A DNA stretch of 63,966 nt, the filler included, from Folioceros fuciformis (Eukaryota), in NCBI GenBank assembly GCA_049999805.1. It is 6 parts of 6 records of this genome, joined end to end, with 100 filler letters (N's around TTAATTAATTAA, not from the genome) between each part and the next. Parts side by side here need not be neighbours in the genome. Positions count along the whole stretch, not along the records: positions 62,844 to 63,966 come from JBNGIO010004619.1; 5 more parts are not named here. One strand, 5' to 3'. The notes under the pieces are model-generated. The model saw only the letters and a program-made list of their open reading frames with translations. It made no database searches and was not told where the DNA came from. A program made the position numbers and the translations under genes. Position 1 is the stretch's first letter; each line of letters begins with the position of its first letter. Positions 62,744 to 63,966 of this stretch are shown here, piece after piece.

Positions 62744-62843
62744 NNNNNNNNNNNNNNNNNNNNNNNNNNNNNNNNNNNNNNNNNNNNTTAATTAATTAAN
62801 NNNNNNNNNNNNNNNNNNNNNNNNNNNNNNNNNNNNNNNNNNN

Positions 62844-63440
62844 GAAGAGAAGACACAGAAGTGCGATTCTGCAAATAGGTTGCCACCTGAACAGCTTCAG
62901 CCCAGAAGCGTATAGGTAACCTCCCTTGGAACAGAAGAGCTTGAGCAACATCCTGGATTGTCCTATGTCTTCGTTTCGCTCTGCCATTCATATATGAGTG
63001 GTATGGAATTGTAAGCTGTCTAGTAATGCCACGTTCCTGACAAAACTCTTGAAACGCATGTGATAGGTATTCCTTCCCATTATCCGAATGGATGCATTTC
63101 AATGAAAACCTGTCTGACGTTCGGCATACGCCAAGTATCTTTTAAAACTATCAAAAACATCACTCTTGTGTTTCAACAGCTCAATTACAATGAAATGGGT
63201 GCGGTCATCCTCAAACACCACAAAGTATCTGGCTCCTCCCTAACTTGGTGTAGACATAGGACCACATATGTCAGTATGCACTAAATCCAGCACTTGCGTT
63301 TGTCTTCTAGGCTTACCAGATCCAAAATGAGATTTGAATTGGTTGCCGTGCACACAAGCAACACAAAGATCTAGATCTAGTAAGTCTGACTCAGAGAAAC
63401 CAGTCACCATCTTTTCTTTGAGCAAACGTGTGAACCTCCA
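62844..63440 (-). mobile_element. Ty1/copia retrotransposon fragment (GAG-pre-integrase plus integrase core), degenerate
   Basis: CVACVHGNQ...[37 protein letters not shown]...FQEFCQERGITRQLTIPY...NGRAKRRHRTI...LPIRFWAEAVQVATYLQNR. Confidence 0.92.
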
Positions 63441-63966
63441 AAGTTTGGGGTAGTGGTTTGTTTTCGTTGCAAAAGGGTTAATAGTGGTATGGTTTGGTTT
63501 TCTTTTACTACTTCTTTTTCCTACTTTTTCTTTATTTTCTGGTCATTTTTTCTATTTTTCTCTGTACTAATTAGGTTAATTGACTAGGAAATAGTTGGTT
63601 TGGTTATTAAAGTGGGTACAGGTCTGGTCCCAGACTTGAGAAAGTTTAGGTTCGGTACCGGGCTATAGGGTTGGGAAAGTTTGAGTCTAGGTCTGGTGAT
63701 TAGTTTAATATTAATTAAAGATATATAAATATTAAAGATTTAAATAATAATAAAATAATAAAATAATAAAATAAATGGTCTGAACACAGGAACGAGAATA
63801 TGTGGGGTATGTCAGTGTCAGGGGTCAGGATCTGACGTGAGGCTGGCTGATTGCCTGGCTGGCCTGCACAGTCATGGAGGCCGTGCCCTAGCTAGGGCTA
63901 GAGGCAGGGGTTGCGGCCACCCCCATCCCCCTCCCCCTTTCTCCCTTCCTCCTCCATTCCCTTCTT

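Overview
Eukaryotic plant nuclear DNA from a fragmented draft assembly. It has short GT-AG introns (mostly about 70-120 nt) and GC-rich gene islands separated by decayed transposons and tandem repeats, which suggests a non-seed land plant (inference). Five 100-nt spacers of the form N44-TTAATTAATTAA-N44 are artificial joins, so the window is six pieces whose adjacency is unproven. Host genes: cytidine deaminase, a UspA-type universal stress protein, a TRAM/TrmA-RlmD-type RNA m5U methyltransferase, a 5'-truncated HUA2-like gene, a RING-H2 E3 ligase, an SGP1/Tem1-like GTPase, an intronless plant-type PEP carboxylase and tRNA-Arg(CCT). Mobile DNA: a MITE-like foldback, a MULE/SWIM transposase pseudogene, CACTA and copia remnants, and a possible LINE 3' end. 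The most striking item is a 3.5-kb inverted-repeat-bounded element (16653-20156) inserted into the MULE gene; removing it rejoins the MULE reading frame. It carries decayed remnants of a ParB-like domain and a prokaryote-type beta-class N6-adenine/N4-cytosine DNA methyltransferase, so it is a candidate plant DNA transposon family carrying its own DNA amino-methyltransferase. All family assignments come from motif recognition by eye; no searches were run.
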